The notes below the pieces were generated by a model. The model had not been told where the DNA came from. It saw only the letters and a program-made list of their open reading frames with translations, and made no database searches. Positions 26,037-35,086 of a stretch of DNA of 64,000 nucleotides are shown piece after piece. Made by a program: the position numbers and the translations under genes. Position 1 is the first letter of the stretch. Each line of letters begins with the position of its first letter. Source of the DNA: an uncultured Clostridia bacterium (GTDB taxonomy: Bacteria > Bacillota > Clostridia > Christensenellales > Borkfalkiaceae); the NCBI GenBank assembly GCA_964513195.1, contig CAZELQ010000001.1, forward strand, positions 1,990-65,989. The letters are read 5' to 3'.

Positions 26037-26752
26037 TTTTCACCGCCCGCAATCAAGGCAACTTTTAAATCGATTGCACCCTCGTACAGCGCTTTACCGA
26101 GTATCGCACCGTAAACGCCAAGCTCTTTCAGTTTAACTATTTCTTCTATTGAACTTATGCCTCCCGAAGCCGTTATTTTGGGGTATTCTGTCTGACATAA
26201 TACTTTGTAAATTTCCATATTTGTGCCGCTCATCATGCCGTCTCGGCTAATATCGGTATAAATAACGTTGTTGACGCCTGCGGCTTTCAGGCTCTTACAA
26301 AAATCAAGCGAATTTATCGCCGTTATCTCCCGCCAACCGTTTATCGCAACCTTGCCGTCCTTGGCGTCCACTCCTACGGCAATTTTGTCGGAAAACTTTT
26401 CTACCGCCATTTCGACTAAAGAAAAGTTCTCAACGGCTGCGGTTCCCAAAATTACGCGGCTCGCGCCGCAGTCGATATATTTTTCAATTTGGGCGCAATC
26501 TCTTATACCCCCTCCGACTTCCACGAACATTTCATTGTTTTTTACAATTTGCTCGATTATTTTCGCGTTATCGGCCTTACCGCTCTTCGCGCCGTCCAAA
26601 TCCACGACGTGCAGATAGTTTGCGCCGAGGCCGTAAAATTTTGACGCGGCCTCAATCGGAGTCAGGGTGTAATTCTTCTTTTTACCGTAGTCGCCTTTCA
26701 GAAGCCTGACCACTTTACCGTCCAAAATGTCTATCGCGGGAAATATTTTCAT
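26030..26752 (-). CDS. hisA: ProFAR isomerase
   Basis: MKIFPAIDILDGKVVRL, VEVGGGIR and IYTDISRDGM. Confidence 0.92.
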   Translation of the reverse strand: MKIFPAIDILDGKVVRLLKGDYGKKKNYTLTPIEAASKFYGLGANYLHVVDLDGAKSGKADNAKIIEQIVKNNEMFVEVGGGIRDCAQIEKYIDCGASRVILGTAAVENFSLVEMAVEKFSDKIAVGVDAKDGKVAINGWREITAINSLDFCKSLKAAGVNNVIYTDISRDGMMSGTNMEIYKVLCQTEYPKITASGGISSIEEIVKLKELGVYGAILGKALYEGAIDLKVALIAGGEKC

Positions 26753-26755
26753 TAT

Positions 26756-27364
26756 TTATTCCTTTAACCCGTTGAAGTTTTTTAAGATTTTCAAGCCGTT
26801 ATTGCCGCTCTTTTCAGGATGAAACTGCACGCCGAAAACGTTGTCCTTTCCGATTGCCGCGGTAACTTCCGTTCCGTATTCTGTCGTCGCCGTTACATAC
26901 TTGTCGCATTTGGCGAAATATGAGTGGACAAAGTAAACGTAATCTCCGCTTTCCAGCCCGTAAAATAGCGGGTCGCGGTCAATTACGGCGAGGCTGTTCC
27001 AGCCTATATGCGGTATTTTCAATCCCTTTACGTAATCTTTTAGCCCGACGACCTCGCCGCCTATCAGGCCCAAACCGTCGTGCACGCCGTACTCGTAGCT
27101 TTTATCGAGAAGTAATTGCATTCCGACGCAAATTCCCAAAATCGGCTTGCCCTTGGCGCACTGCTCTTTTACTACTTTGTCCAAGCCGCCCGAGCTCAAT
27201 TTTGCGGCCGCGTCGCCGAACGCACCAACCCCCGGTAAAATTACCTTATCGGCGTTGTCGATTATATTTTTGTCGGCGGTAATAACGCTTTCGGCACCTA
27301 TCTTATTAAGCGAACACTGCAATGAAAACAGGTTGCCGACGCCGTAATCGATTATTGCAATCAT
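26756..27364 (-). CDS. hisH: Imidazole glycerol phosphate synthase glutaminase subunit
   Basis: Start trimmed to MIAIIDYGVGN (ATGA overlap with the hisB stop). It has GICVGMQ (catalytic Cys) and QFHPEKS. Confidence 0.92.
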   Translation of the reverse strand: MIAIIDYGVGNLFSLQCSLNKIGAESVITADKNIIDNADKVILPGVGAFGDAAAKLSSGGLDKVVKEQCAKGKPILGICVGMQLLLDKSYEYGVHDGLGLIGGEVVGLKDYVKGLKIPHIGWNSLAVIDRDPLFYGLESGDYVYFVHSYFAKCDKYVTATTEYGTEVTAAIGKDNVFGVQFHPEKSGNNGLKILKNFNGLKE

Positions 27365-27972
27365 AGTGAACCCTTGCTTGACGGCACGGTTGTGCCCGTA
27401 ACGAGAACGGCGCTTTTTAGAGCTCGCGCAAATGCCTTGAACGCACATTCGATAATGTGGTGGGTGTTTTTTCCGTAGAGCTGAACGAGGTGCAAGGTTA
27501 TGCGCGCCTCGCGGACGAACGATAAAAAGAATTCTTCGATAAGTTCGGTATCGAAAGCCCCTACCGCCTTTTGCCTGACGGTCTCGTCCTCGTCGGAAAT
27601 TTTCGCAACCTGTATTTTCAAATCGTAATTTAAAGTAGCTCTGCCGCTTACGTCTACGGCGCAGAGCACGAGGCTTTCGTCCATCGGGATAGTAACGTCG
27701 GCGTATCTGTTTATTCCGCGTTTATCTCCCACGGACTGATTAAACGCCTGTCCGAGGGCAATTCCGACGTCCTCTACAGTATGGTGAAAATCTACCTCGG
27801 TATCACCCACGCATTTTACGGTCAACCCGAAGCCGCTGTGAACTGCAAACAATTCCAACATGTGGTTGAGAAAACCGCAGTTCGTATCGATTGAGTAATT
27901 GCCGCCGTCAAGATTTAAGGAAAGCGTAACGTCGGTTTCTCTCGTCTTTCTTATAACTTTACCCTCTCTCAT
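27361..27972 (-). CDS. hisB: Imidazoleglycerol-phosphate dehydratase
   Basis: RKTRETDV, HHTVEDVGIALG and HHIIE motifs. Confidence 0.92.
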   Translation of the reverse strand: MREGKVIRKTRETDVTLSLNLDGGNYSIDTNCGFLNHMLELFAVHSGFGLTVKCVGDTEVDFHHTVEDVGIALGQAFNQSVGDKRGINRYADVTIPMDESLVLCAVDVSGRATLNYDLKIQVAKISDEDETVRQKAVGAFDTELIEEFFLSFVREARITLHLVQLYGKNTHHIIECAFKAFARALKSAVLVTGTTVPSSKGSL

Positions 27973-29030
27973 TTCAGTTCCTCCAAAACAGCTTTAACGG
28001 CGCTTAAAAGCCCGTCGTTCTCGCGCTCCGTGCCCACGGTTATACGCACAAAGTTTTTAATTCTCGGATTGGAAATGTGCCTGACCAGCACACCTCTTCC
28101 CTTTAATTCGAGATAGAGCTTTTGGCCTCCGATTTTACTATTTCCGGCAAGTACGAAGTTTGCCGAAGAATCGATTACGTTAAACGACATAAATTTAAGA
28201 CTCTCGGTCAGCCTCGCCCTCTCCTTTTTAATCTTTACTACCGATTCTTTAAAATAGGCGTCGTCTCTGATTGCAGCCGCGGCAAGCGCGGCCGAAAGAG
28301 TGTTTACATTATACGGGTGAAAGGAATTTTTTACCTTTTTCAGGTCCTCGATAAGCGCTTCGTCCGCTATGACGTAGCCGACCCGTGCACCCGCAAGAGA
28401 ACGCGACTTGGAAAACGTGTTGACGGCTATAAGGTTTTTGTATTTGCCTATAAGCGGAATGACGTTTACGTTTCCGAAATCGGCGTAAGCCTGATCGACT
28501 ATTACAACGTTATCGGCGTTCGAGGCTATGATTTCTTCTACTTCGCTTAAGGTCAGTTCGGTTCCCGTCTGTGCGTTAGGGTTAGCAAGAACGACGGTCT
28601 TCCCTGTGTTCAGATAGTCGGTAAAGTCAACTTTCAATTCATCGGTGAGCGGAATTGTTTCGGACGGACAACCGAAAAGGTTGGCAATCACTTCATAGAA
28701 TCCGTAGGTAACGTCAGGGTAACAGACTCCTTGCTTGCAATAGGCCTTAAAGCAGAACGCAAGCGCCTCGTCTGAGCCGTTGGTCGCCAATACGTTTTCT
28801 TTCTTTACGTGATAATAATCGGCAATGGCGCCTGTCAGCGCGGTGCATTCGGGGTCGGAATATCTGTTCAGCCCGAAAAGAACTTCCGCATTCAACTTTT
28901 CGACCGCCCGAGCCGACGTATAATAAGGGTTTTCGTTCGTATTGAGTTTGATATAGCGCCTGTCGGTCGGTTGCTCGCCGGCAACGTATGGCTCTATCTT
29001 ATTTATTAAGCCGTCTGCAAATTTACTCAT
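27969..29030 (-). CDS. hisC: Histidinol-phosphate aminotransferase
   Basis: Class II aminotransferase pattern: LNTNENP, NPNAQTG and TFSKSRSLAG (PLP lysine). Confidence 0.9.
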   Translation of the reverse strand: MSKFADGLINKIEPYVAGEQPTDRRYIKLNTNENPYYTSARAVEKLNAEVLFGLNRYSDPECTALTGAIADYYHVKKENVLATNGSDEALAFCFKAYCKQGVCYPDVTYGFYEVIANLFGCPSETIPLTDELKVDFTDYLNTGKTVVLANPNAQTGTELTLSEVEEIIASNADNVVIVDQAYADFGNVNVIPLIGKYKNLIAVNTFSKSRSLAGARVGYVIADEALIEDLKKVKNSFHPYNVNTLSAALAAAAIRDDAYFKESVVKIKKERARLTESLKFMSFNVIDSSANFVLAGNSKIGGQKLYLELKGRGVLVRHISNPRIKNFVRITVGTERENDGLLSAVKAVLEELK

Positions 29031-30306
29031 TTTCGCCCGTTCTTATAGTAATACTTTTAGCGTGTCCGTCCAATCCTTCGGATTTTGCGAACGAAACGAC
29101 GTCCTGCGCCGCATCAATCAAAGCGCGGCGGCTGTACGAAATGTACTGCGTGGTCTTTACGAAATCATCGACGCTCAAGGGCGAGGCGAATCTGGCCGTA
29201 CCGCTCGTCGGCAACGTGTGGTTTGCGCCTGCGTAATAGTCGCCGATTGCCTCGGGCGTGTAATAGCCCAAGAATACCGAGCCGGCGTTCTTAACGCCAT
29301 CCATAAGCGCGAAGGGCTCCTCAACGGCAAGCTCCAAATGCTCGGGCGCAAATCGGTTAGCAAGCTCTACCGCCGTTTCAAGACTTTCGCAAATAATAAT
29401 TTTGCCGTAGTTATCCAGCGATTCCCGAGCTATTTCAACGCGGGGCAGCGCTACGAGCTGTTTGGCGAGCTCCGCCGAAACTGCGTAGGCCAGCTTTTCG
29501 CTGTCGGTGATTAGGACGGCCGAGGCGATTTTGTCGTGTTCGGCCTGCGAAAGCAGGTCTGCGGCAACGTGCGCGGCGTTTGCCTTACCGTCGGCTATTA
29601 CGAGAATTTCGCTCGGTCCCGCAACCATGTCTATGCCACAGGTTATTCCGGAAACAAGCTTTTTGGCCGTTGCCACATAGTCGCGTCCCGGTCCCGTTAT
29701 GACGTCTACTTTAGGAACCGTTTCCGTACCATAAGCCATCGCGGCTATGGCCTGCGCGCCGCCTATCTTGAATATTCTGTCTACTCCGCATAGGTCTGCC
29801 GCAACCAAAATTTCCGGCTTAACCCTACCGTCCTCTTTTACGGGCGTTGACATTATAACCGTATTTACGCCTGCGATTTTTGCCGGAATGGCGTTCATCA
29901 GCACGGTTGAGGGGTACGCCGCCGTTCCGCCCGGCACGTAAATGCCGGCGCAGCCGACGGGGGTTACCTTCTGTCCTACTATTCTGTCGCCGTAGTCGAT
30001 TTCAAACCCCTCTTTTACCTGTTCTCCGTGGAAAGCCCTGATATTGGCTATTGCCCTCTTGAGCATTTCGATATATTCGGGCGAAAGTTCTTTATATGCT
30101 TCGTCTATCTCCTGCCTTTCCACCTCTAATTTATCGCCCGTAAATCCGTCGAATTTGGCGGAATACTCTTTTACGGCCCCGTCGCCGCGTATGCGCACGT
30201 CTACAAGTATCGTCTTTACGGCCGCCTCGACGTTGGCCGTCATCTCGTCTCTTGCTCCGAACAGTTCTTTTGCGGTCTGACCGCTGTATTTGATTGGCTC
30301 TACCAT
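29023..30306 (-). CDS. hisD: Histidinol dehydrogenase
   Basis: GIYVPGGTAAYPSTVLM, AGPSEILVIAD and SQAEHD. Confidence 0.93.
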   Translation of the reverse strand: MVEPIKYSGQTAKELFGARDEMTANVEAAVKTILVDVRIRGDGAVKEYSAKFDGFTGDKLEVERQEIDEAYKELSPEYIEMLKRAIANIRAFHGEQVKEGFEIDYGDRIVGQKVTPVGCAGIYVPGGTAAYPSTVLMNAIPAKIAGVNTVIMSTPVKEDGRVKPEILVAADLCGVDRIFKIGGAQAIAAMAYGTETVPKVDVITGPGRDYVATAKKLVSGITCGIDMVAGPSEILVIADGKANAAHVAADLLSQAEHDKIASAVLITDSEKLAYAVSAELAKQLVALPRVEIARESLDNYGKIIICESLETAVELANRFAPEHLELAVEEPFALMDGVKNAGSVFLGYYTPEAIGDYYAGANHTLPTSGTARFASPLSVDDFVKTTQYISYSRRALIDAAQDVVSFAKSEGLDGHAKSITIRTGENE

Positions 30307-30926
30307 TTTTCAACCGCCTTTATAAGTTTTTCGGTTATTATTTTTATCTCTTCCGGTTTGAATTTATACGACGATTTATTGGCGATAAACCGCGCGCTTA
30401 TGTCGGAAATTTTTTTGAATACTTTTAAATTGTTCTCTTTCAGCGTTGTACCTGTTTCAACTATATCCACTATGACGTCTGAAATGCCTAAAACGGGAGC
30501 GAGTTCAATGGAACCGTTCAACTTTATTATCTCGACGTCCCTGCCTATCTCGGCAAAATATTTTTCGGCAGTCGTTTTGAATTTTGTCGCTACGCGAAGC
30601 GGTACGGAAGTATCGTCTCTCCAATCCGATTTTGCAGCCACGCACATGGCGCACTTCCCCATCTTCAGGTCGGCGAGCTCGTATACGTCGGGTCCGCACT
30701 CGTCTAAAACGTCCTTGCCTACTACGCCGACGTCCGCGGCTCCGAGCTCAACGTAAACGGCCACGTCAGACGGCTTTACCCAAAAATAACTGACTTCGCC
30801 GCGCTCGTCTCTGAAGACCAGCTTTCGGCTGTCTTTCGAATATTCCTCGCACTTGTAGCCCGCTTCGGCCAGAAGAGAATAAACTTTTTCGCCCAATCTG
30901 CCCTTGGGTAAAGCTATATTTATCAT
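30300..30926 (-). CDS. hisG: ATP phosphoribosyltransferase, short (HisZ-dependent) form
   Basis: Start at MINIALPKGRL (ATGA overlap with the hisZ stop). About 208 aa with no C-terminal regulatory domain. Confidence 0.9.
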   Translation of the reverse strand: MINIALPKGRLGEKVYSLLAEAGYKCEEYSKDSRKLVFRDERGEVSYFWVKPSDVAVYVELGAADVGVVGKDVLDECGPDVYELADLKMGKCAMCVAAKSDWRDDTSVPLRVATKFKTTAEKYFAEIGRDVEIIKLNGSIELAPVLGISDVIVDIVETGTTLKENNLKVFKKISDISARFIANKSSYKFKPEEIKIITEKLIKAVEKW

Positions 30927-32011
30927 TGCTTCACCTCCGCGCAAAGACTGATAAGCTGTTTGTATTTTAAGTCTGTCGGTTTATTTGTTGCAATTCTTAC
31001 GGATTTTCCCGCTCTAACCTGTTTGTCGGCGAGCTCCAGCGCTTCGTCCTGGGTATTGTTATCGTAGATAATCAGATAATCGACCACGGGATCGTCGCGT
31101 TTTAAAAACCTTTCTATTTCGCCGAGATAGAGAGCGAAGCCGACGGCGCCGCCTTCCTTGTTCAGCTTGCTCAAAAGTCTGTCGTAGCGACCGCCGGAAA
31201 GGACGAACCGAGGCACTCCGCTTACAAAACCGTTGTAGATAATGCCGTTATAATAATCGGCGTTGTTTACGGCCGAAAAATTTATATTTATCTTGTCGCC
31301 GTAACCGAATTTCTCCATTCGTCTCCGCAATCTTTCAAGTTCTGCTAACGCCGAGCTCATTTTTTCGTTTAAAACGGCTCGCCCCGCTTCTTTCAGCGCG
31401 CTCTCAGCTTTGCCGCAGGAATTGACGGTTACGGTAAAAGCGTCAACAAGCTCCTTAGAGAAATTGTTTTCCTCCGCAAACCGATAAAAATCGTGCAGGT
31501 TCTTCTTTTTCAATAACCCGGCAAGAGTTTGCCTACCGCAGCCGAACTCGTCGAAAAGCCCCTCGGTAAATCCCATATGCGAAACGTCGAGAACGTACGA
31601 AGACGAAATTTTTGAAAGCGTTTCGCAGATGAGCGCCGTTATTTCCGCGACGGCCGCTTCGTCGACGGCGCCTATTGCCTCCACGCCCGTTTGGTTGATT
31701 TCCCTGAATTCGTCCGAGCCAACCGTTTGCCTATATACCTTTTCGTTATAGAAAAACTTTTCCATTCCCTCTTTGGGTACGTCGTTATGGCGAATGACCG
31801 AAAGCGTAACGTCGGGGCGCATTGCCATAAGCCGTCCGCCGAGGCCGGAAAAGGTTATTACGTTTTTGCCTATCAGAAAGTCCTTATTCTCCTGATAGAG
31901 CGAATATTCCTCGAAACAGCCCAATTTATAGCGTCTGAAGCCGCGGCTCTTGTAAAGCTCCGCAAGCTCGCCGATTATTTGGTTTTCGTCTTTATTTATA
32001 GCGATGCCCAT
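30923..32011 (-). CDS. hisZ: ATP phosphoribosyltransferase regulatory subunit (HisRS paralogue)
   Basis: Class II aaRS-like core (RLMAMRPDVT, FYNEKVYR) immediately upstream of the short hisG. Confidence 0.88.
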   Translation of the reverse strand: MGIAINKDENQIIGELAELYKSRGFRRYKLGCFEEYSLYQENKDFLIGKNVITFSGLGGRLMAMRPDVTLSVIRHNDVPKEGMEKFFYNEKVYRQTVGSDEFREINQTGVEAIGAVDEAAVAEITALICETLSKISSSYVLDVSHMGFTEGLFDEFGCGRQTLAGLLKKKNLHDFYRFAEENNFSKELVDAFTVTVNSCGKAESALKEAGRAVLNEKMSSALAELERLRRRMEKFGYGDKININFSAVNNADYYNGIIYNGFVSGVPRFVLSGGRYDRLLSKLNKEGGAVGFALYLGEIERFLKRDDPVVDYLIIYDNNTQDEALELADKQVRAGKSVRIATNKPTDLKYKQLISLCAEVKQ

Positions 32012-32289
32012 TATTTGTCACCCTGAAGAAATTTTCTGTAACCGCCGCTACCGTGGGCTATCGCGCGGGAAATGCGCGATAGGGTCGCGCTGGAAATATC
32101 GGTCTCGGCGATTATCTCGTTGTACGTCTTACCCTCTAAAAATAACTTGGCCGCATAGGCTCGCTGGGCCATTTGCTCCAGCTCCTTATAGGTGCACAGA
32201 TCGTCGAAAAATGCAGCGCAATCTTCCTCGGTCTGTAATTTTAATATAACTTCGTAAAGCTCTTTAAGCCGGATGTGCGTTTCTTTCAT
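32011..32289 (-). CDS. YerC/YecD (TrpR-like) DNA-binding protein, probable his operon regulator
   Basis: 92 aa. DLCTYKELEQMAQRAYAAKLFLEGKTYNEIIAETDISSATLSRISRAI is the YerC/TrpR-like HTH pattern. Its stop overlaps the hisZ start by 1 nt. Confidence 0.8.
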   Translation of the reverse strand: MKETHIRLKELYEVILKLQTEEDCAAFFDDLCTYKELEQMAQRAYAAKLFLEGKTYNEIIAETDISSATLSRISRAIAHGSGGYRKFLQGDK

Positions 32290-32320
32290 AGTTTAATTTA
32301 CCCTTGATTTATTACAGTAT

Positions 32321-32346
32321 ACTTTATTGCTTTAAAGAAGTAAAGT
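32321..32346. promoter_or_regulatory. Candidate operator palindrome upstream of the yerC-like/his operon
   Basis: In ACTTTA-TTG-CTTTAAAG-AAG-TAAAGT the outer 6-mers and the inner 8-mer are self-complementary. An adjacent 8-bp palindrome AGTATACT lies at 32315-32322. Confidence 0.35.
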
Positions 32347-32400
32347 GTTTTTAATAAAAAAACGGAAAAATGCAAAACATTTCTCCGAATTTTACCGCAA

Positions 32401-33204
32401 TTAAATTTTATAGGGTACTGCCCGCCTGTTTTTGTAATAATACATCTCCTTGACGCCTAAATTTTTAAGCGCGGAAATCAGGGCCTCGCTTTTTCTCAAA
32501 TAATCGGTTACACGGTGCGCGTCGCTGCCATAGCTCAGCTTTTTGCCGCCGAGCGACAAATATCTTTCGATAACGTCGGTATCGGGCAAAAACTCACTTC
32601 CCGAGGTTCCCGACGAGGTATTTATTTCAAGACATTTGTCGCGCCTTATTATTTCCTTTAATATTCCGTCGAGGAGCTCTGCGTAATCACGATATTCGAT
32701 AGTCGCGCCTTCGCCGCTTCTGTATCTCGAAACATAACCTATATGACCCACAATCTGATAGTCAAAATCGGCTTTGACGCTCTCAGATACCGCCTTGAAA
32801 TAGTCGGCATAGCTTTCTTTAAGCGTCTTTCCTCTAAAGAACTGCGGGTGATAGCAGTCTCCCCTCCCGGGAAGGGTATGCACGCTGTTGATTATATAAT
32901 CAAAATCGTATTCTTCCGTCAGCTTGCGGTATTCGGGCAAGGCCGCGGCGCCGTAACCGAGCTCTATTCCACGCAATATTTCGATATCGGGATTATCGTT
33001 TTTCAGCTTTTCCGTCGCCGAAAAATATTTCCGTACGTCGGCAAGCGAAACGTCCGCGCCGTCTAACACGGCGTCGTAGTCGTAGTGCTCCGAAAAGCCG
33101 ATAACGCCAATGCCTCTTTTCTTAGCCTCGGCAATATAGTTTTCCGCCGCCTCTTCGCTGTCGAACGAAAACGAAGTGTGAACGTGTATATCAATCATTT
33201 GCAA
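32401..33204 (-). CDS. hisK: Histidinol-phosphatase, PHP family
   Basis: MIDIHVHTSFSFD, FSEHYDY and GHIGY are PHP/HisJ-type metal ligands. It is adjacent to the his operon. Confidence 0.85.
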   Translation of the reverse strand: MQMIDIHVHTSFSFDSEEAAENYIAEAKKRGIGVIGFSEHYDYDAVLDGADVSLADVRKYFSATEKLKNDNPDIEILRGIELGYGAAALPEYRKLTEEYDFDYIINSVHTLPGRGDCYHPQFFRGKTLKESYADYFKAVSESVKADFDYQIVGHIGYVSRYRSGEGATIEYRDYAELLDGILKEIIRRDKCLEINTSSGTSGSEFLPDTDVIERYLSLGGKKLSYGSDAHRVTDYLRKSEALISALKNLGVKEMYYYKNRRAVPYKI

Positions 33205-33644
33205 TATTTCTTTTCTATAGCGCTGATTTTGCCCACTCTTCTCTCGTGTCTGCCGCCCTCGAATTCCGTGGTAAGGAATTTTTCGACTATTTCGAGCGCG
33301 TACCCGACGCCGACGACCTTCTCGCCCATGGCAAGCATATTAGCGTCGTTGTGCCGTCTCGTGTACTCGGCGCAATAGGTATCGTGGCAATGCGCGCACC
33401 TAACGCCGGGGACTTTATTGGCAACGATGCTTACGCCGATACCCGTAGAGCAGACGACGATGCCCTTATCGCATTCGCCGTTTGCCACAGCCTCGGCGGC
33501 GGGTAAAGCGTAATCGGGGTAATCGCAGCTGTCGGTCGTATATGTTCCGAAATCAACGTATTCGTAACCGTTCCGTTTAAGATATTCGATTATCGCGGTC
33601 TTTAGATTCAATGCGCCGTGGTCGCATGCAACAGCAATTTTCAT
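33195..33644 (-). CDS. rpiB: Ribose-5-phosphate isomerase B
   Basis: MKIAVACDHGA and CSTGIGVSIVANK. Confidence 0.92.
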   Translation of the reverse strand: MKIAVACDHGALNLKTAIIEYLKRNGYEYVDFGTYTTDSCDYPDYALPAAEAVANGECDKGIVVCSTGIGVSIVANKVPGVRCAHCHDTYCAEYTRRHNDANMLAMGEKVVGVGYALEIVEKFLTTEFEGGRHERRVGKISAIEKKYCK

Positions 33645-33647
33645 ATG

Positions 33648-34094
33648 TCATTCCTCGTATTTTAAAATGAAATTTTCCACAATAATTTTACAAGCTTCGT
33701 TCAGAGCGTCGCGCGTCCGGCGATAGGCGTCCAAATCCCTGCCGTACGGGTCGGGCACGTCGTAACCGCATATGTCCTTGACGGACAATACCTTTCCGCA
33801 GCCCTCCAGAAGCTGTTTCTGCCCTTCCGTCATGGTAACGACGAGAACGCTGCTTTCGATTATTTTCTGCGTAAGCTGGCGCGACTTGAAGTCGGGAAGC
33901 GAGAGCCCCGCTTCCCGAAGCGCAAGGCCGCCGTTCAAGCTTATACCCGAACCGACCTCCGCGTTTATTCCCCGGGAAGTCACGTCCCACCACTTGATAT
34001 TTCTCTTTTTAATCTGCGCACGGAGCAATGCTTCCGCCATCGGGCTTCTACAGGTATTCCCCGTGCATACAAATAGTATTTTTTTTCGCTTCAT
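33648..34094 (-). CDS. Low-molecular-weight protein tyrosine/arginine phosphatase
   Basis: The P-loop CTGNTCRSPMAE and a downstream DPY motif. Confidence 0.9.
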   Translation of the reverse strand: MKRKKILFVCTGNTCRSPMAEALLRAQIKKRNIKWWDVTSRGINAEVGSGISLNGGLALREAGLSLPDFKSRQLTQKIIESSVLVVTMTEGQKQLLEGCGKVLSVKDICGYDVPDPYGRDLDAYRRTRDALNEACKIIVENFILKYEE

Positions 34095-35084
34095 TTATCT
34101 GCACGCCTTCGTCAATCTGTTCATAACTCCGACGATTATGCCGTCCTGCTTCTCCGGAGCGACGGCGATAATCATCTGTGCGACGCGCTCGCCCTCACGC
34201 AGCTTATCGTAGAGGTTTGCGGCTATCTCACGGTCTGTTTTTCCTAAATTCAGTACGTTTTCACAGTGCGACTCTGCCGCGACGGCGTCATCGCACATGA
34301 GATAAGCGTTTACTCCCTCTTCTTTACACTGCCTGTATCGGGCAAAGGCCTCTTCCCTTTCGTCATAAGAATAAAGGCAGGTTGCGCAGGATGGAGAATA
34401 ATGCTTGTACTTCATTCCGGGGGAACGCACCCGCTCGCCCTCTTTCATTACGTACTCCTCGCATTCTCCTGCGACCATAGCTATCATTTCTCTCGTTATC
34501 AGCCCGCTTCTCAACACGCATGGAACGTCGCCCGTACAGTCCAACACAGTGCTCTCTATTCCGCCGCTGCACTTGCCGCCGTCAAGAATAAGTTCAATCC
34601 TGCCGTTTAAATCATCGTAGACGTGACGGGCCGTTACAGGACTGACGTGCTTTGAAATATTTGCGCTCGGAGCGGCTACCGGCACCCCGACGTACTTTAA
34701 AAAACGCTGTGCGCCGCCATGCGACGGTATGCGTACGGCGAGCGTATCGAGACCGCAGGAAACGGCCGCACTGACCTTACCGGTGCTTTTGTAAACCATT
34801 GTCAACGGGCCGGGCAAAAAAGCTTCGGAAAGAAGTTTGGCATATTCCGGTATTTCGTCGACAAGCTCAGACAAATCGTACCCGTCATGCACGTGCACAA
34901 TCAGCGGGTTGTCGTTCGGACGGCCTTTTATTTCGAATATCTTTTTAACCGCTTCGCCGCACAACGCGTTGGCGCCGAGACCGTACACCGTTTCGGTTGG
35001 AAACGCAACGCAATCCCCGCGCAGAATAAGCTCTTTTGCGCGCGCAAGCGAAGAATCGTCAATTACTGAAATCTGCGTATTCAT
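34095..35084 (-). CDS. tsaC: L-threonylcarbamoyladenylate synthase (Sua5/YwlC type)
   Basis: YrdC domain (VAFPTETVYGLGANA, KGRPNDNPLIVH, APSAN) plus a Sua5 C-terminal domain. Confidence 0.9.
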   Translation of the reverse strand: MNTQISVIDDSSLARAKELILRGDCVAFPTETVYGLGANALCGEAVKKIFEIKGRPNDNPLIVHVHDGYDLSELVDEIPEYAKLLSEAFLPGPLTMVYKSTGKVSAAVSCGLDTLAVRIPSHGGAQRFLKYVGVPVAAPSANISKHVSPVTARHVYDDLNGRIELILDGGKCSGGIESTVLDCTGDVPCVLRSGLITREMIAMVAGECEEYVMKEGERVRSPGMKYKHYSPSCATCLYSYDEREEAFARYRQCKEEGVNAYLMCDDAVAAESHCENVLNLGKTDREIAANLYDKLREGERVAQMIIAVAPEKQDGIIVGVMNRLTKACR

Positions 35085-35086
35085 AA

